Positions 1 through 8,032 of a stretch of 64,000 nucleotides of DNA are shown one piece after another. The stretch spans positions 27,235-91,234 of the forward strand of contig JACPAY010000002.1 of NCBI GenBank assembly GCA_016180575.1, given 5' to 3'. The DNA comes from Candidatus Omnitrophota bacterium (lineage in GTDB: Bacteria; Omnitrophota; Gorgyraeia; Aquiviventales; Aquiviventaceae). Under the pieces are notes generated by a model. The model was not told where the DNA came from. It made no database searches and was given only the letters and a program-made list of their open reading frames with translations. The stretch's first letter is position 1; the number at the start of each line of letters is the position of its first letter. The position numbers were made by a program, and so were the translations under genes.

Positions 1-1055
1 CGGCCGCCGTCGCGGGGTTCCTGGCCGCCTGCGCGCTCTCCATCGCGTTCAGCGGGCACCCGCAGTTGAGCGTGCGCGGCTTCGTGGGGAAGTGGCTGGA
101 GTACTTGTTGCTGATGGTGATCGCGGCCGATGTCGCCTCGCGTCCGCGGGTGGCTCAGCGCGGCGTGATGGCGCTCATTGCCGGGTCGGTGTTTGTCCTC
201 ATCGAGGGGGTCACCCAGGAGCTCTTCGGCAAGGGCCTCTTCCGCGGGCACCTGATCGGGTGGGAGGGAGGGTCCCTCTATCAGCGCATGATCGGCCCGT
301 ACGAAAACCCGATTGATCTCGCGACCTACCTCATGGTGGTCATCCCCATCCTGGCGGCCTTCGCCATGAGCCGCAAGGGAGGGATCCGGTGGGGGCTGTG
401 GGGGCTCCTGCTCTCGCTGCTCCTCTGCCTGGCGAGGACGCAGGCCCGGGGCGCCTGGATCAGCCTCGCCGTCGGCGGGCTCATCGTGGCGGGCTGGCGC
501 GCCGCGCCTCGGCGGGCCGGGATGGTCCTCGCGGCCGTCGCGCTGCTGGCCGGCGGCGTCCTGCTCATGAGGCAGGGAAGGCCGCTCGGAGACGCCGTGG
601 CCCTGCACGACATCGGGACGCGCGACCGGTGGGTGATGTGGCAGGCGGCCATCGGGATGATCCGGGATCGGCCGATCGTCGGCCACGGGGTGAACACCTT
701 CATGGCCAACTACCTCGAGTACTGGGTCGGGGGCGAGCGCATGCCGCGGTACGCCCACAACTGTTACCTGCAGGTCGCGGCGGAGACCGGGATCGTCGGC
801 CTCGCCGCGTTCCTCTGGCTGCTGGCGGCCCTGTTTCTCCGGCTGGGGCGCGCGGCCAGGCGCCCGCCGCTCGACGCCTCGCGCCTGCTGCTCGTCGGGA
901 TCTGCGCAGGCCTGGCGGCGTTCGCGGTGCAGGCGGCGATCGACACGAATTTCTACGCGCTGCGGCAGGCGGCGCTCTTCTGGGTGCTGGCCGGGATGGC
1001 CGTGGGGTTGAGCGAACATGCCGCCGCTCCTCAGCATCATCGTCCCGGTCTATAA
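1..1055 (+). CDS. O-antigen ligase / Wzy_C family membrane protein, 5'-truncated at window edge
   Basis: The reading frame is open from nt 3. The C-terminal region GHGVNTFMANYLEYW..RYAHNCYLQVAAETGIVGLAAF resembles the matching loop of the paralog at 1866..3086, and several hydrophobic segments are present. Confidence 0.6.
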   Translation, partial: AAVAGFLAACALSIAFSGHPQLSVRGFVGKWLEYLLLMVIAADVASRPRVAQRGVMALIAGSVFVLIEGVTQELFGKGLFRGHLIGWEGGSLYQRMIGPYENPIDLATYLMVVIPILAAFAMSRKGGIRWGLWGLLLSLLLCLARTQARGAWISLAVGGLIVAGWRAAPRRAGMVLAAVALLAGGVLLMRQGRPLGDAVALHDIGTRDRWVMWQAAIGMIRDRPIVGHGVNTFMANYLEYWVGGERMPRYAHNCYLQVAAETGIVGLAAFLWLLAALFLRLGRAARRPPLDASRLLLVGICAGLAAFAVQAAIDTNFYALRQAALFWVLAGMAVGLSEHAAAPQHHRPGL

Positions 1056-1728
1056 CGAGGCTCGGCTCATCGAGCCGACGCTCCGCAGGGTGCTGGCCTC
1101 GCCGCTGGAGAAGGAGGTCATCGTGGTCGATGACGCCTCCACGGACGGGACCGCCGGGGTGCTCGCGCGCCTGGCGCAGGAGCTGCCGATCCGCGTCCTC
1201 ACCCACCCGGCGAATCGGGGCAAGGGGGCGGCCGTGCGCACGGGGTTTCAGGCCGCGACCGGCATGATCCTCCTCATCCAGGACGCGGACCTCGAATACG
1301 ATCCCGCCGACTACCCGGCGCTCATCGAGCCGATCCGCCGGGGCGAGGCCGACGCGGTCATGGGCTCGCGCTTCCTGCGCGAGCGCCCTCGGTTCTTCAC
1401 CCCGCGCGGCGATCCGTTCTTCTCCCACTACATCGGCAATAAAATCATCATCTGGCTCACCAACCTGCTCTACGGCTTCCACGCCACCGACTATGAGGGG
1501 TGCTACAAGGCGTTCAGCCGGGAGGTGGTCGACTCGACGCCGGTCCTCGCCGACGGCTTCGAATTCGACAACGAGCTCGTCTGCAAGCTCCTGCGTCGGC
1601 ACCGGCGGATCGTCGAGGTGCCGATCCGCTACACCCCCCGCGACTACCGGGAGGGGAAGAAGATCCGGTGGCCGCACGGCGTCAAGATGGTGTGGACCAT
1701 CCTGAAATGGCGCGTGAAGCCGTTCTAG
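1018..1728 (+). CDS. GT2 glycosyltransferase (dolichyl-phosphate-sugar synthase-like)
   Basis: N-terminus LSIIVPVYNEA...VIVVDDASTDGT carries a DxD-type motif (QDADLEYDP). Length 236 aa. It overlaps the upstream gene by 38 nt. Confidence 0.8.
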   Translation: MPPLLSIIVPVYNEARLIEPTLRRVLASPLEKEVIVVDDASTDGTAGVLARLAQELPIRVLTHPANRGKGAAVRTGFQAATGMILLIQDADLEYDPADYPALIEPIRRGEADAVMGSRFLRERPRFFTPRGDPFFSHYIGNKIIIWLTNLLYGFHATDYEGCYKAFSREVVDSTPVLADGFEFDNELVCKLLRRHRRIVEVPIRYTPRDYREGKKIRWPHGVKMVWTILKWRVKPF

Positions 1729-1740
1729 GGAACGGCGGCC

Positions 1741-1850
1741 GGACGTCGGTGACGTTGCCCGTATCGGTTGTCGGTGACGGTGGTCGGCCACGGTCATTGA
1801 CGAAGACCGACAACCAACGGACGACACGGGCCACGTCACCGAGAGACGAC
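1741..1850. repeat. Long imperfect intergenic palindrome (about 110 nt)
   Basis: Arms cggtgacgttgcccgtatcggttgtcgg and ccgacaaccaacggacgacacgggccacgtcaccg are near reverse complements, flanking the loop ccacggtcattgacgaagacc. Confidence 0.45.
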
Positions 1851-1865
1851 TGACGAACACCTGAG

Positions 1866-3086
1866 ATGACCCGCTCCATACCGTGGGCACCTCGCATCCA
1901 ATACGCGGCGGTGGTGGCGTTCGCCGCGGTCCTCCCGCTCGGGCAGGCGCCAGCCGAGATCACCCTGGTGATCGGCCTGGCGGCCTGGGTGTTCCGCGCC
2001 GTGCGGGAACGGCGCGGGTCCCAGCTGCTGAGGAATCCCCTCAGCGGGCTCCTGGTCCTCTGGTTCCTGGCGGCACTCGTCTCCATGCTGAACTCCGTTG
2101 ATCCGGCGGCGAGCCTGCACGGCCTGCGCAAGCTCCTGAAGGGGTTCGGCCTCTACTTCCTCGTCGTCGACACGGTCGGCTCCCGGGATGCCCTCCGCGG
2201 CGTCGTTGCCGGATCGCTGGCGGGCCTCAGTCTCGTCGTGGGAGACGGCCTGTGGCAGTGGGCCGCTGGCCGCGATCTCATCTACGGCCACGTCCCGGTC
2301 AACGAGTTGCCGACCGGCAAGACCATCCTGCGGTTGTCGGCGATGTTCGGCCACTCGGCGAGCCTGGCGATGTACCTGGTCAGTTGGGCTCCCCTGGCGA
2401 TCGCGGCCGGGCTGGCCGGGGGGCGGCGATGGCGGCGTTGGCTGTTCGGTCTGGGCGCGCTGGCCGCCGTGGTCCTCGTGTTCAGCCGGACCCGCGGGGG
2501 GATCCTTGGGTTTGCGTGCGCGCTCCCGCTCATGAGCTGGTGGCTGCGCAGCTGGATTCCCGCGGCGGTGGGGGTGGCGGCCGCGGCGCTGCAGGTCGCC
2601 ACGGTGCCGCCGGCGGTGGCCGAGTGGGCGGCGGCGATGCCGACGCTGCTGCATCAATTCACGGAGCCGGAGCGGCTCATGTATTGGCAGGCGGCGCTGC
2701 GGATGGTGCAGGCCCATCCGCTCATCGGCGTCGGGGTCAACACGTTCGTCAAGGCATATCCCTCCTATCGCGTCGCGGGCGACCCGTATGCGGCCCTGGG
2801 CCCCTATGCGCATAACCAGTACCTGCAGGTGGCGGCCGAGCTGGGGCTGGTCGGCCTTGCCGTATTCGCGGGGGTCCTGGTCCGGCTCGGTCTTGCGCTG
2901 CGCCGGGGCCTCGCCGCGCGGTCCGGGCACCCGTTCGAAGCGGCCGTCGCCGCGGGCGTGGGGGCGGGGCTCGTGGGCTACCTGATCCTCGGGGGCCTTG
3001 AGTCCTCGCTCTTCTACGGGCGGGGCTCGCTCATCTTCTGGACGCTGGCAGGACTGTTGGTTGCGGTCGAGCGGCGATACAAATGA
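1866..3086 (+). CDS. O-antigen ligase / Wzy family membrane protein
   Basis: 406 aa, multi-TM, with the motif GVGVNTFVKAYPSY...YAHNQYLQVAAELGLVGLAVF. Its stop TGA lies inside the family-A repeat. Confidence 0.75.
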   Translation: MTRSIPWAPRIQYAAVVAFAAVLPLGQAPAEITLVIGLAAWVFRAVRERRGSQLLRNPLSGLLVLWFLAALVSMLNSVDPAASLHGLRKLLKGFGLYFLVVDTVGSRDALRGVVAGSLAGLSLVVGDGLWQWAAGRDLIYGHVPVNELPTGKTILRLSAMFGHSASLAMYLVSWAPLAIAAGLAGGRRWRRWLFGLGALAAVVLVFSRTRGGILGFACALPLMSWWLRSWIPAAVGVAAAALQVATVPPAVAEWAAAMPTLLHQFTEPERLMYWQAALRMVQAHPLIGVGVNTFVKAYPSYRVAGDPYAALGPYAHNQYLQVAAELGLVGLAVFAGVLVRLGLALRRGLAARSGHPFEAAVAAGVGAGLVGYLILGGLESSLFYGRGSLIFWTLAGLLVAVERRYK

Positions 3087-3152
3087 GGAGTCCGGTTCCC
3101 GCTTTCCCATCGGAGAACTCCAGGAAACCGGGAACCGGACCCGGGACTATCG
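3080..3152 (+). repeat. Family-A palindromic element, copy 1 (caaATGAGGAGTCCGGTTCCC...GGGAACCGGACCCGGGAC)
   Basis: Four copies in the window: 3080, 6765 (short), 19270 and 31410. A nested inverted repeat is present, and copies 1 and 3 differ by a compensatory CCCG/CGGG versus CCCT/AGGG change. Confidence 0.8.
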
Positions 3153-4156
3153 GGGACTGTCCGCGTCTCCTGTTCATTCGGACTGATCGGCTCGGCGAAA
3201 CGCTCCTCGCCCTGCCGGCGGCGCTGGCGCTGCGCGCCGCGTCCCCCGGGGCGCACCTGACGCTGCTCGTGCAGCCTGGGCTCCAGCCGCTTCTGGCCGG
3301 CGTGCCGGGGATCGACGAGGTGCTGGCCTATGACGAGACCGCCCCGCCCCAATGGTGGCGGCGGGCGCTGCGCCTGGGGCGCGCGCTGCGGCCCAGGCGG
3401 TTTGACGCGGCGGTCATCGCCAACCCGAAGAAGGAGCTGCACCTGGCGGTGTGGCTGGCCGGCATCCCGGTGCGGGCGGGCTACGGCCGGAAGTGGGGCG
3501 GCCTGTTGACCCACCGGGTGCCGGACCGCAAAGCGCTTGGCGAGCGTCACGAAGTCGAGTATAATCTGAGGCTGGTCGAGGCGGTCCTCGGGCCGCTCGC
3601 CCCGGCGTCGGCTCCGACGGTGCGGCTGCCGCTCCGCGAGGAGGCGAAGGGCCGCGTCCTGCAGCGGCTGGCCCGCCACGGCGTGCAGGGGACCGACCCG
3701 TTCCTCGCGGTCCATCCGTGGACCTCGAACCCCGTCAAGCGATGGGCGTCCGCCCGCTACGGGGAGCTGGTCCGCGCGATGGCGCAGCGCCTTCCCGTCG
3801 TGGTCATCGGCGGCCCTGAAGCCGTGGGCTGGGCCCCAGACGTTGCTCCCGCCGGTCAGCCTCGCGTCGTGAACCTCGTGGGAGGCCTGTCGTTGAGCGA
3901 GCTGGCCGAGCTCCTGCGCGCTGCCCGGCTGCTGGTGTCGAACGACAGCGGGCCCGTCCATCTCGCGGCGGCGGTGGGGACGCCGACGGTGGTGCTCTTC
4001 GGCGGCTCGTCCCCGGCGGCCGGCCCGCGCCGCTGGGGACCCTGGGGGGATGGCCACACGGTGATCTGGAAAGGCTCGATGGAGGAGATCACGGTCGATG
4101 AAGTCGTCGCGGCGGCCCGCGACGTCCTGGACGCTCGCGATCCCCGCGCAGGATGA
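3083..4156 (+). CDS. ADP-heptose:LPS heptosyltransferase (GT9)
   Basis: Motifs LLFIRTDRLGETLL and NDSGPVHLAAAVGTPTVVLFG. No ATG, GTG or TTG lies between the repeat and the conserved N-terminus, so the ATG inside the family-A repeat (overlapping the upstream TGA) is the likely start. The alternative is a rare ATC or CTG near 3149-3170. Confidence 0.75.
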   Translation: MRSPVPAFPSENSRKPGTGPGTIGDCPRLLFIRTDRLGETLLALPAALALRAASPGAHLTLLVQPGLQPLLAGVPGIDEVLAYDETAPPQWWRRALRLGRALRPRRFDAAVIANPKKELHLAVWLAGIPVRAGYGRKWGGLLTHRVPDRKALGERHEVEYNLRLVEAVLGPLAPASAPTVRLPLREEAKGRVLQRLARHGVQGTDPFLAVHPWTSNPVKRWASARYGELVRAMAQRLPVVVIGGPEAVGWAPDVAPAGQPRVVNLVGGLSLSELAELLRAARLLVSNDSGPVHLAAAVGTPTVVLFGGSSPAAGPRRWGPWGDGHTVIWKGSMEEITVDEVVAAARDVLDARDPRAG

Positions 4157-4229
4157 TCCTTCGACTCGCTTCGCTCGCTCAGGATCATGGTGAGCAAGGC
4201 CCCGCCGTACGGCGGGGCCGCGTCGAACC

Positions 4230-5339
4230 ATGAGCGCCGCCCCCGATCGCATCCTCGTCATCAACCCGTTCGGGATCGGGGACGTGCTGTTCACGACCCC
4301 CCTCGTGCGGGCGGTGCGCCGCGCCTTTCCCTCGAGCCGCCTCTGCTACCTCTGCAACCGACGGACGGAAATGATCCTCCGGACCAACCCGCATCTCGAC
4401 CGCCTGTTCGTGTACGAAAAGGACGAGCTGGTCGCGCGCTGGCGCGCGTCCCCCCGGCAGGGCCTGCGCGAGGTGGGCCGGCTGTTCCGGCGGCTGCGAC
4501 AGGAGCGGTTTGACCTCGTGATCGATCTCTCCCTGGGCGAGCGCTACGGGTTTCTTCTGAAGTGGTTCGGCGCCCCCCGCCGCATCGGGTTCACCTACCG
4601 CAACCGCGGCCGGTTCCTCTCGGACGCGCTGGGGATCGACGGCTACCACGAGGTCCACGTGGTGGAGTACTACCGGCGGCTGCTGCGGTTCATGGGGATG
4701 CGGCTGCTGGAGGATGCGTTGGAGCTTGAGCCGTCCGAGGAGGATCAGCGATGGGCCGCGGAGTGGCTGCGGTCCCGCGGCCTGGGGAGCGGCCGGTTCC
4801 TCGTCGGGATGGTCCCGGCGGGCGGCGTGAGCTGGGGGGTGAGCGCGCCGTTCCGGCGGTGGAACGCCGAGGGGTTCGCGGCGGTGGGCGATTGGCTGAT
4901 CGAGCGCCACGGCGCGCAGGTGCTCCTCTTCGGCGAGGCGGCGGATGGGTCCATCTGCCAGATGGTGGCGCAGCTCATGCAGCATCCCACCCTCGACGTG
5001 AGCGGGCAGACGACGCTGGGCCAGTTCGTCGGGCTGCTTGGCCGCCTGGACTTGGTCATCTGCAATGACGGCGGGCCGCTCCACCTCGCCGTCACGCAGG
5101 GGGTGAAGACCGTCTCGGTCTTCGGACCGGTTGACCCGCGCGTGTACGGGCCGTACCCGCCCGGCCCCAGGCACCGGGTGGTGTACCGGGCTGACCTGAC
5201 GTGCCGCCCCTGCTATCGCAATTTTCGGCTGCCGCCGTGCCCCTATGAGCGCGCCTGCCTGCGCGAGCTCGGCGCGGAGGCGGTCATGGAGGCCTGCGGC
5301 GACCTCCTCGCGGACGCAACCCCGATCGGCCGCGGATGA
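4230..5339 (+). CDS. ADP-heptose:LPS heptosyltransferase (GT9), second paralog
   Basis: Motifs ILVINPFGIGDVLFTTPL and ICNDGGPLHLAVTQGVKTVSVFGP. Length 369 aa. Confidence 0.8.
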   Translation: MSAAPDRILVINPFGIGDVLFTTPLVRAVRRAFPSSRLCYLCNRRTEMILRTNPHLDRLFVYEKDELVARWRASPRQGLREVGRLFRRLRQERFDLVIDLSLGERYGFLLKWFGAPRRIGFTYRNRGRFLSDALGIDGYHEVHVVEYYRRLLRFMGMRLLEDALELEPSEEDQRWAAEWLRSRGLGSGRFLVGMVPAGGVSWGVSAPFRRWNAEGFAAVGDWLIERHGAQVLLFGEAADGSICQMVAQLMQHPTLDVSGQTTLGQFVGLLGRLDLVICNDGGPLHLAVTQGVKTVSVFGPVDPRVYGPYPPGPRHRVVYRADLTCRPCYRNFRLPPCPYERACLRELGAEAVMEACGDLLADATPIGRG

Positions 5340-5358
5340 GCGGCCTCGCCACCCCACA

Positions 5359-5523
5359 GCTGCGGGGCCTGGCAGGGTGGTGTCTCGCCGGACCGCTCGG
5401 CGTGCCCCACCGTGGCACGCCGTCGCTCGGCTTCCGGGGCTCGCTCGTCCCGCCTGCGGCGGGACACCATGGCCGCTCGCCCCGTCAGACGTCCGGCTCG
5501 ACATCCACCCTGCCACCCGCAGC
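5359..5523 (+). ncRNA. Candidate structured RNA or structured repeat, family E copy 1
   Basis: About 85 % identical to 49803..49972. The closing helix is GCUGCGGG/CCCGCAGC plus GGCAGGGUGG/CCACCCUGCC. Compensatory changes between the copies occur in three helices, so structure is conserved. Confidence 0.45.
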
Positions 5524-5673
5524 CACGCGGTGGCTCAATGGCCCGACGGGTGACGCGGAGCGAGCCCACCGCCCGCGCGCAGTCCCGCCATCGGCGGGAC
5601 GAGCACGGACGGTGGGGTCGCGCAGCGGCAGGACCCGTCGGGCGATCGAGCCAGGGCGGGGGGGAGCGAGTCA

Positions 5674-6771
5674 ATGAGCCCGGTGCCGTTCCTTGAGGTG
5701 GCGCCGTCCCCCGCGCTCCAGGGGGAGCTGGAGGCGGCGGTGCGCGGGGTCCTCGCGGGCGGGCAGTACATCCTCGGGGAGCGGGTGCGCGCGTTCGAAG
5801 AGGCGCTGGCCGCCCGGTGCGGCTGCCGCTTCGGCGTGGGCGTGAACTCGGGCACCGACGCGCTGGAGCTTGCCCTGCGCGCCTGCGGGATCGGGCCGGG
5901 CGATGAGGTGATCGTGCCCGCGTTCACCTTCATGGCCACCGCGCTCGCGGTGACCTGCGCCGGGGCGACGCCGGTCCTGGCGGATATCGACGAGGCGTCC
6001 TATGGCATCGACGTGGAGGACGCCGCCCGCCGCGTGAGCGCCAAGACGAAAGCCATCATCCCCGTCCACCTCTACGGCCAGCCCTGCGACCTGGACGGGG
6101 TGCTGCGCCTCGCGGAGCGCCGGCGCCTGTGCGTCATCGAGGACTGCGCGCAGGCGATCGGCGCCGCCTACCGCGGACGAGCGGTGGGCGGCTTCGGCGC
6201 GGCCGGGTGCTTCAGCTTCTACCCGACGAAGAACCTGGGCGCGGCCGGAGACGGCGGGGCGGTCGTCACCAACGACCCCGCGATCGCCGAGCGGCTGTCG
6301 CTGCTACGCCAATGCGGCACGCGCGACAAGGTGCGCTATGAGATGGTCGGGCGCAACAGCCGGCTGGACGAGCTGCAGGCGGCCATCCTCCTCGTCAAGC
6401 TCAAGTATCTGGACGGCTGGAATGAGGCCCGGCGGGCGCGGGCGGGGTGGTACCGCGCGGCATTCGAGCAGGAGCGGGTGGAGGGGGTCGGCCTGCCCCA
6501 GGAGCTCGCGGAGCGGCGCCACGTCTACAACGTGTTCACCGTGCGCGTGAGCGAGCGGGACCAGGTGCGGGCAGAGCTGGCGTCGGGGGGCATCGAGACC
6601 ATGGTGTACTATGCGCGCCCGCTGCACCTGGATTCGTTCTACGAGGGCGGCGCGGCCAAGCGGGGAGACCTGCCGCGGGCCGAGCAGGCCGCCCGCGAGG
6701 CGCTGGCGCTGCCGATGTATCCCGGGCTCAGCCGGGAAGCGATCGCGGCGGTCGTGCGCGCCTTCAAATGA
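5674..6771 (+). CDS. DegT/DnrJ/EryC1/StrS family sugar aminotransferase (PLP-dependent)
   Basis: 365 aa with motifs GQYILGERVRAFEE, FYPTKNLGAAGDGGAV and YGQP. Its stop TGA lies inside the short family-A copy. Confidence 0.85.
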   Translation: MSPVPFLEVAPSPALQGELEAAVRGVLAGGQYILGERVRAFEEALAARCGCRFGVGVNSGTDALELALRACGIGPGDEVIVPAFTFMATALAVTCAGATPVLADIDEASYGIDVEDAARRVSAKTKAIIPVHLYGQPCDLDGVLRLAERRRLCVIEDCAQAIGAAYRGRAVGGFGAAGCFSFYPTKNLGAAGDGGAVVTNDPAIAERLSLLRQCGTRDKVRYEMVGRNSRLDELQAAILLVKLKYLDGWNEARRARAGWYRAAFEQERVEGVGLPQELAERRHVYNVFTVRVSERDQVRAELASGGIETMVYYARPLHLDSFYEGGAAKRGDLPRAEQAAREALALPMYPGLSREAIAAVVRAFK

Positions 6772-6800
6772 GGAGTCCGGGAACCGGACCCGGGACAATC
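6765..6800 (+). repeat. Family-A element, truncated copy 2
   Basis: caaatgaggagtccgggaaccggacccgggacaat. The internal part of the full element is deleted, leaving the short hairpin GTCCGG-gaa-CCGGAC. Confidence 0.7.
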
Positions 6801-7151
6801 GTCCTTTCACTCGTCGAGCGCGGCTGGCAGGCGGCGCGGGAGTATTCGCTGGACGTGCAGCGGGAGGGCGGAGGCGTGGTCCATCTCGTGAAGGGGGCTC
6901 TCTCGCCGGCGGTCCACGCCATGATCGCCCCCCAGCCGCGCGTCCGCGTCGTGAGCGTCCGGCGCGCGCTGTTCTGGCCCCTCGCGTGGGCGTGGTGCGC
7001 CGGATTGCTCGCGGCGGCCAGGCTGCGCGGGGTGCTCGTGGACAACGAGCGGTCGCTGCGGCGCGTGCGGCGCTGGGTCGGCGGCCCGCGCGTGCGCCTC
7101 GTCCGGGTTGGGCCCGGAGGGCGGGGCTACGAGCTCGCCGGTGGCTCATGA
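6768..7151 (+). CDS. Hypothetical protein (127 aa) that initiates on the repeat ATG
   Basis: It starts at the ATG of the family-A copy, which overlaps the DegT stop as ATGA. It ends in an ATGA overlap with the next gene. No recognisable domain. Confidence 0.35.
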   Translation: MRSPGTGPGTIVLSLVERGWQAAREYSLDVQREGGGVVHLVKGALSPAVHAMIAPQPRVRVVSVRRALFWPLAWAWCAGLLAAARLRGVLVDNERSLRRVRRWVGGPRVRLVRVGPGGRGYELAGGS

Positions 7152-8032
7152 AGCTGGCGTTGATCTTCGATAAGACCCGCCCGGACACGATCGGGGGGTA
7201 CTTCGAGCGGGCCACTCGCGCGCTCGGCCTCTCCGCGGACCACTGGTGGCTGCGGGACGCGGGCCGCATGCCGGCCGCCTATGACCTGTACCTGCGCATC
7301 GACCACGGCGATGACTACGACGTGGCGCTGCCGGAGCATCTGCGGCCGGCCGTGTTTTACGCTATCGACACGCACCTCCCGCACAGCTGGCGCAAGATCC
7401 GGCGCGCCGCGCCGCGGTATGACCTGGTCTTCTGCTGCCATGAGGAGGGCGCCGGCCGCCTGCCCGGGGCCGAGTGGCTGCCGGTGGCCTGCGACCCGGA
7501 GCTGCACGGGCGCCTCGACGTCGAGCCGGCGTGGGACGTTGCGTTCGTCGGGACGGACGGCGGCGTGCCCAGGAAGTTCTACCTCCAGGCGCTGCGGGAG
7601 CGGTATCCGAACAGCTTCCTCGGCATGGCCGGCCACACGCAGCTCGCCGCCATCTACAGCCGGGCCCGGATCGGGTTCAACTATTCCATCGCCGATGACG
7701 TCAACATGCGGGTCTTCGAGGTGCTGGCCGCGGGGACGCTGCTCCTCACCAACGCCCTGAGGGGCGACCCCTTCCGGCGGCTGGGGCTGGAGGATCGGAA
7801 GCACCTCGCGCTCTACCGGAGCCCCGAGGAGCTGTTCCGGCTCCTCGATGAGTGGCTGGGGCGCGCGGAGGAGCGGCAGCGGGTCGCGCGCGCGGGGCGC
7901 GAAGTCGCGCTGGCGCGCCACACCTACGCGCACCGCCTCCGGCGGATCCTGGCCGTCTCGGCCGACCGCCTGGGCCTGGACGCGTCGCGGACGGCGCCTG
8001 AGGGCCGTCCGGCCATGGAGGCGCCGCGATGA
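7148..8032 (+). CDS. CgeB-like / DUF3880-type glycosyltransferase domain protein
   Basis: MKLALIFDK...FVGTDGGVPRKFYLQALRE...RIGFNYSIADDVNMRVFEVLAAGTLLLTN resembles the spore-maturation CgeB glycosyltransferase family. Confidence 0.6.
   Translation: MKLALIFDKTRPDTIGGYFERATRALGLSADHWWLRDAGRMPAAYDLYLRIDHGDDYDVALPEHLRPAVFYAIDTHLPHSWRKIRRAAPRYDLVFCCHEEGAGRLPGAEWLPVACDPELHGRLDVEPAWDVAFVGTDGGVPRKFYLQALRERYPNSFLGMAGHTQLAAIYSRARIGFNYSIADDVNMRVFEVLAAGTLLLTNALRGDPFRRLGLEDRKHLALYRSPEELFRLLDEWLGRAEERQRVARAGREVALARHTYAHRLRRILAVSADRLGLDASRTAPEGRPAMEAPR

Noticed and set aside
1836-3110. Long minus-strand ORFs antisense to well-supported genes: 1836-3110, 3014-4294, 4185-5516, 9163-10236, 9972-11663, 13009-14703, 14770-15684, 19580-20395, 20388-21221, 21840-22922, 29698-31440, 32563-34206, 33725-35491, 43575-44831, 53402-55213, 55244-56875, 57633-59087, 58972-60444, 60195-61727, 61583-62632.
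   Set aside because: They are Arg/Pro/Gly-rich and low-complexity with no recognisable domains. Each lies exactly opposite a conserved + strand gene. At 70 % GC, stop codons are rare, so long spurious antisense ORFs are expected.
4200-4222. Perfect 22-nt palindrome GGCCCCGCCGTACGGCGGGGCC between the two heptosyltransferase genes, considered as an intrinsic terminator.
   Set aside because: There is no U-tract and it sits 8 nt before the next ATG. It is more likely a structural or translational element. It is noted but was not called as a feature.
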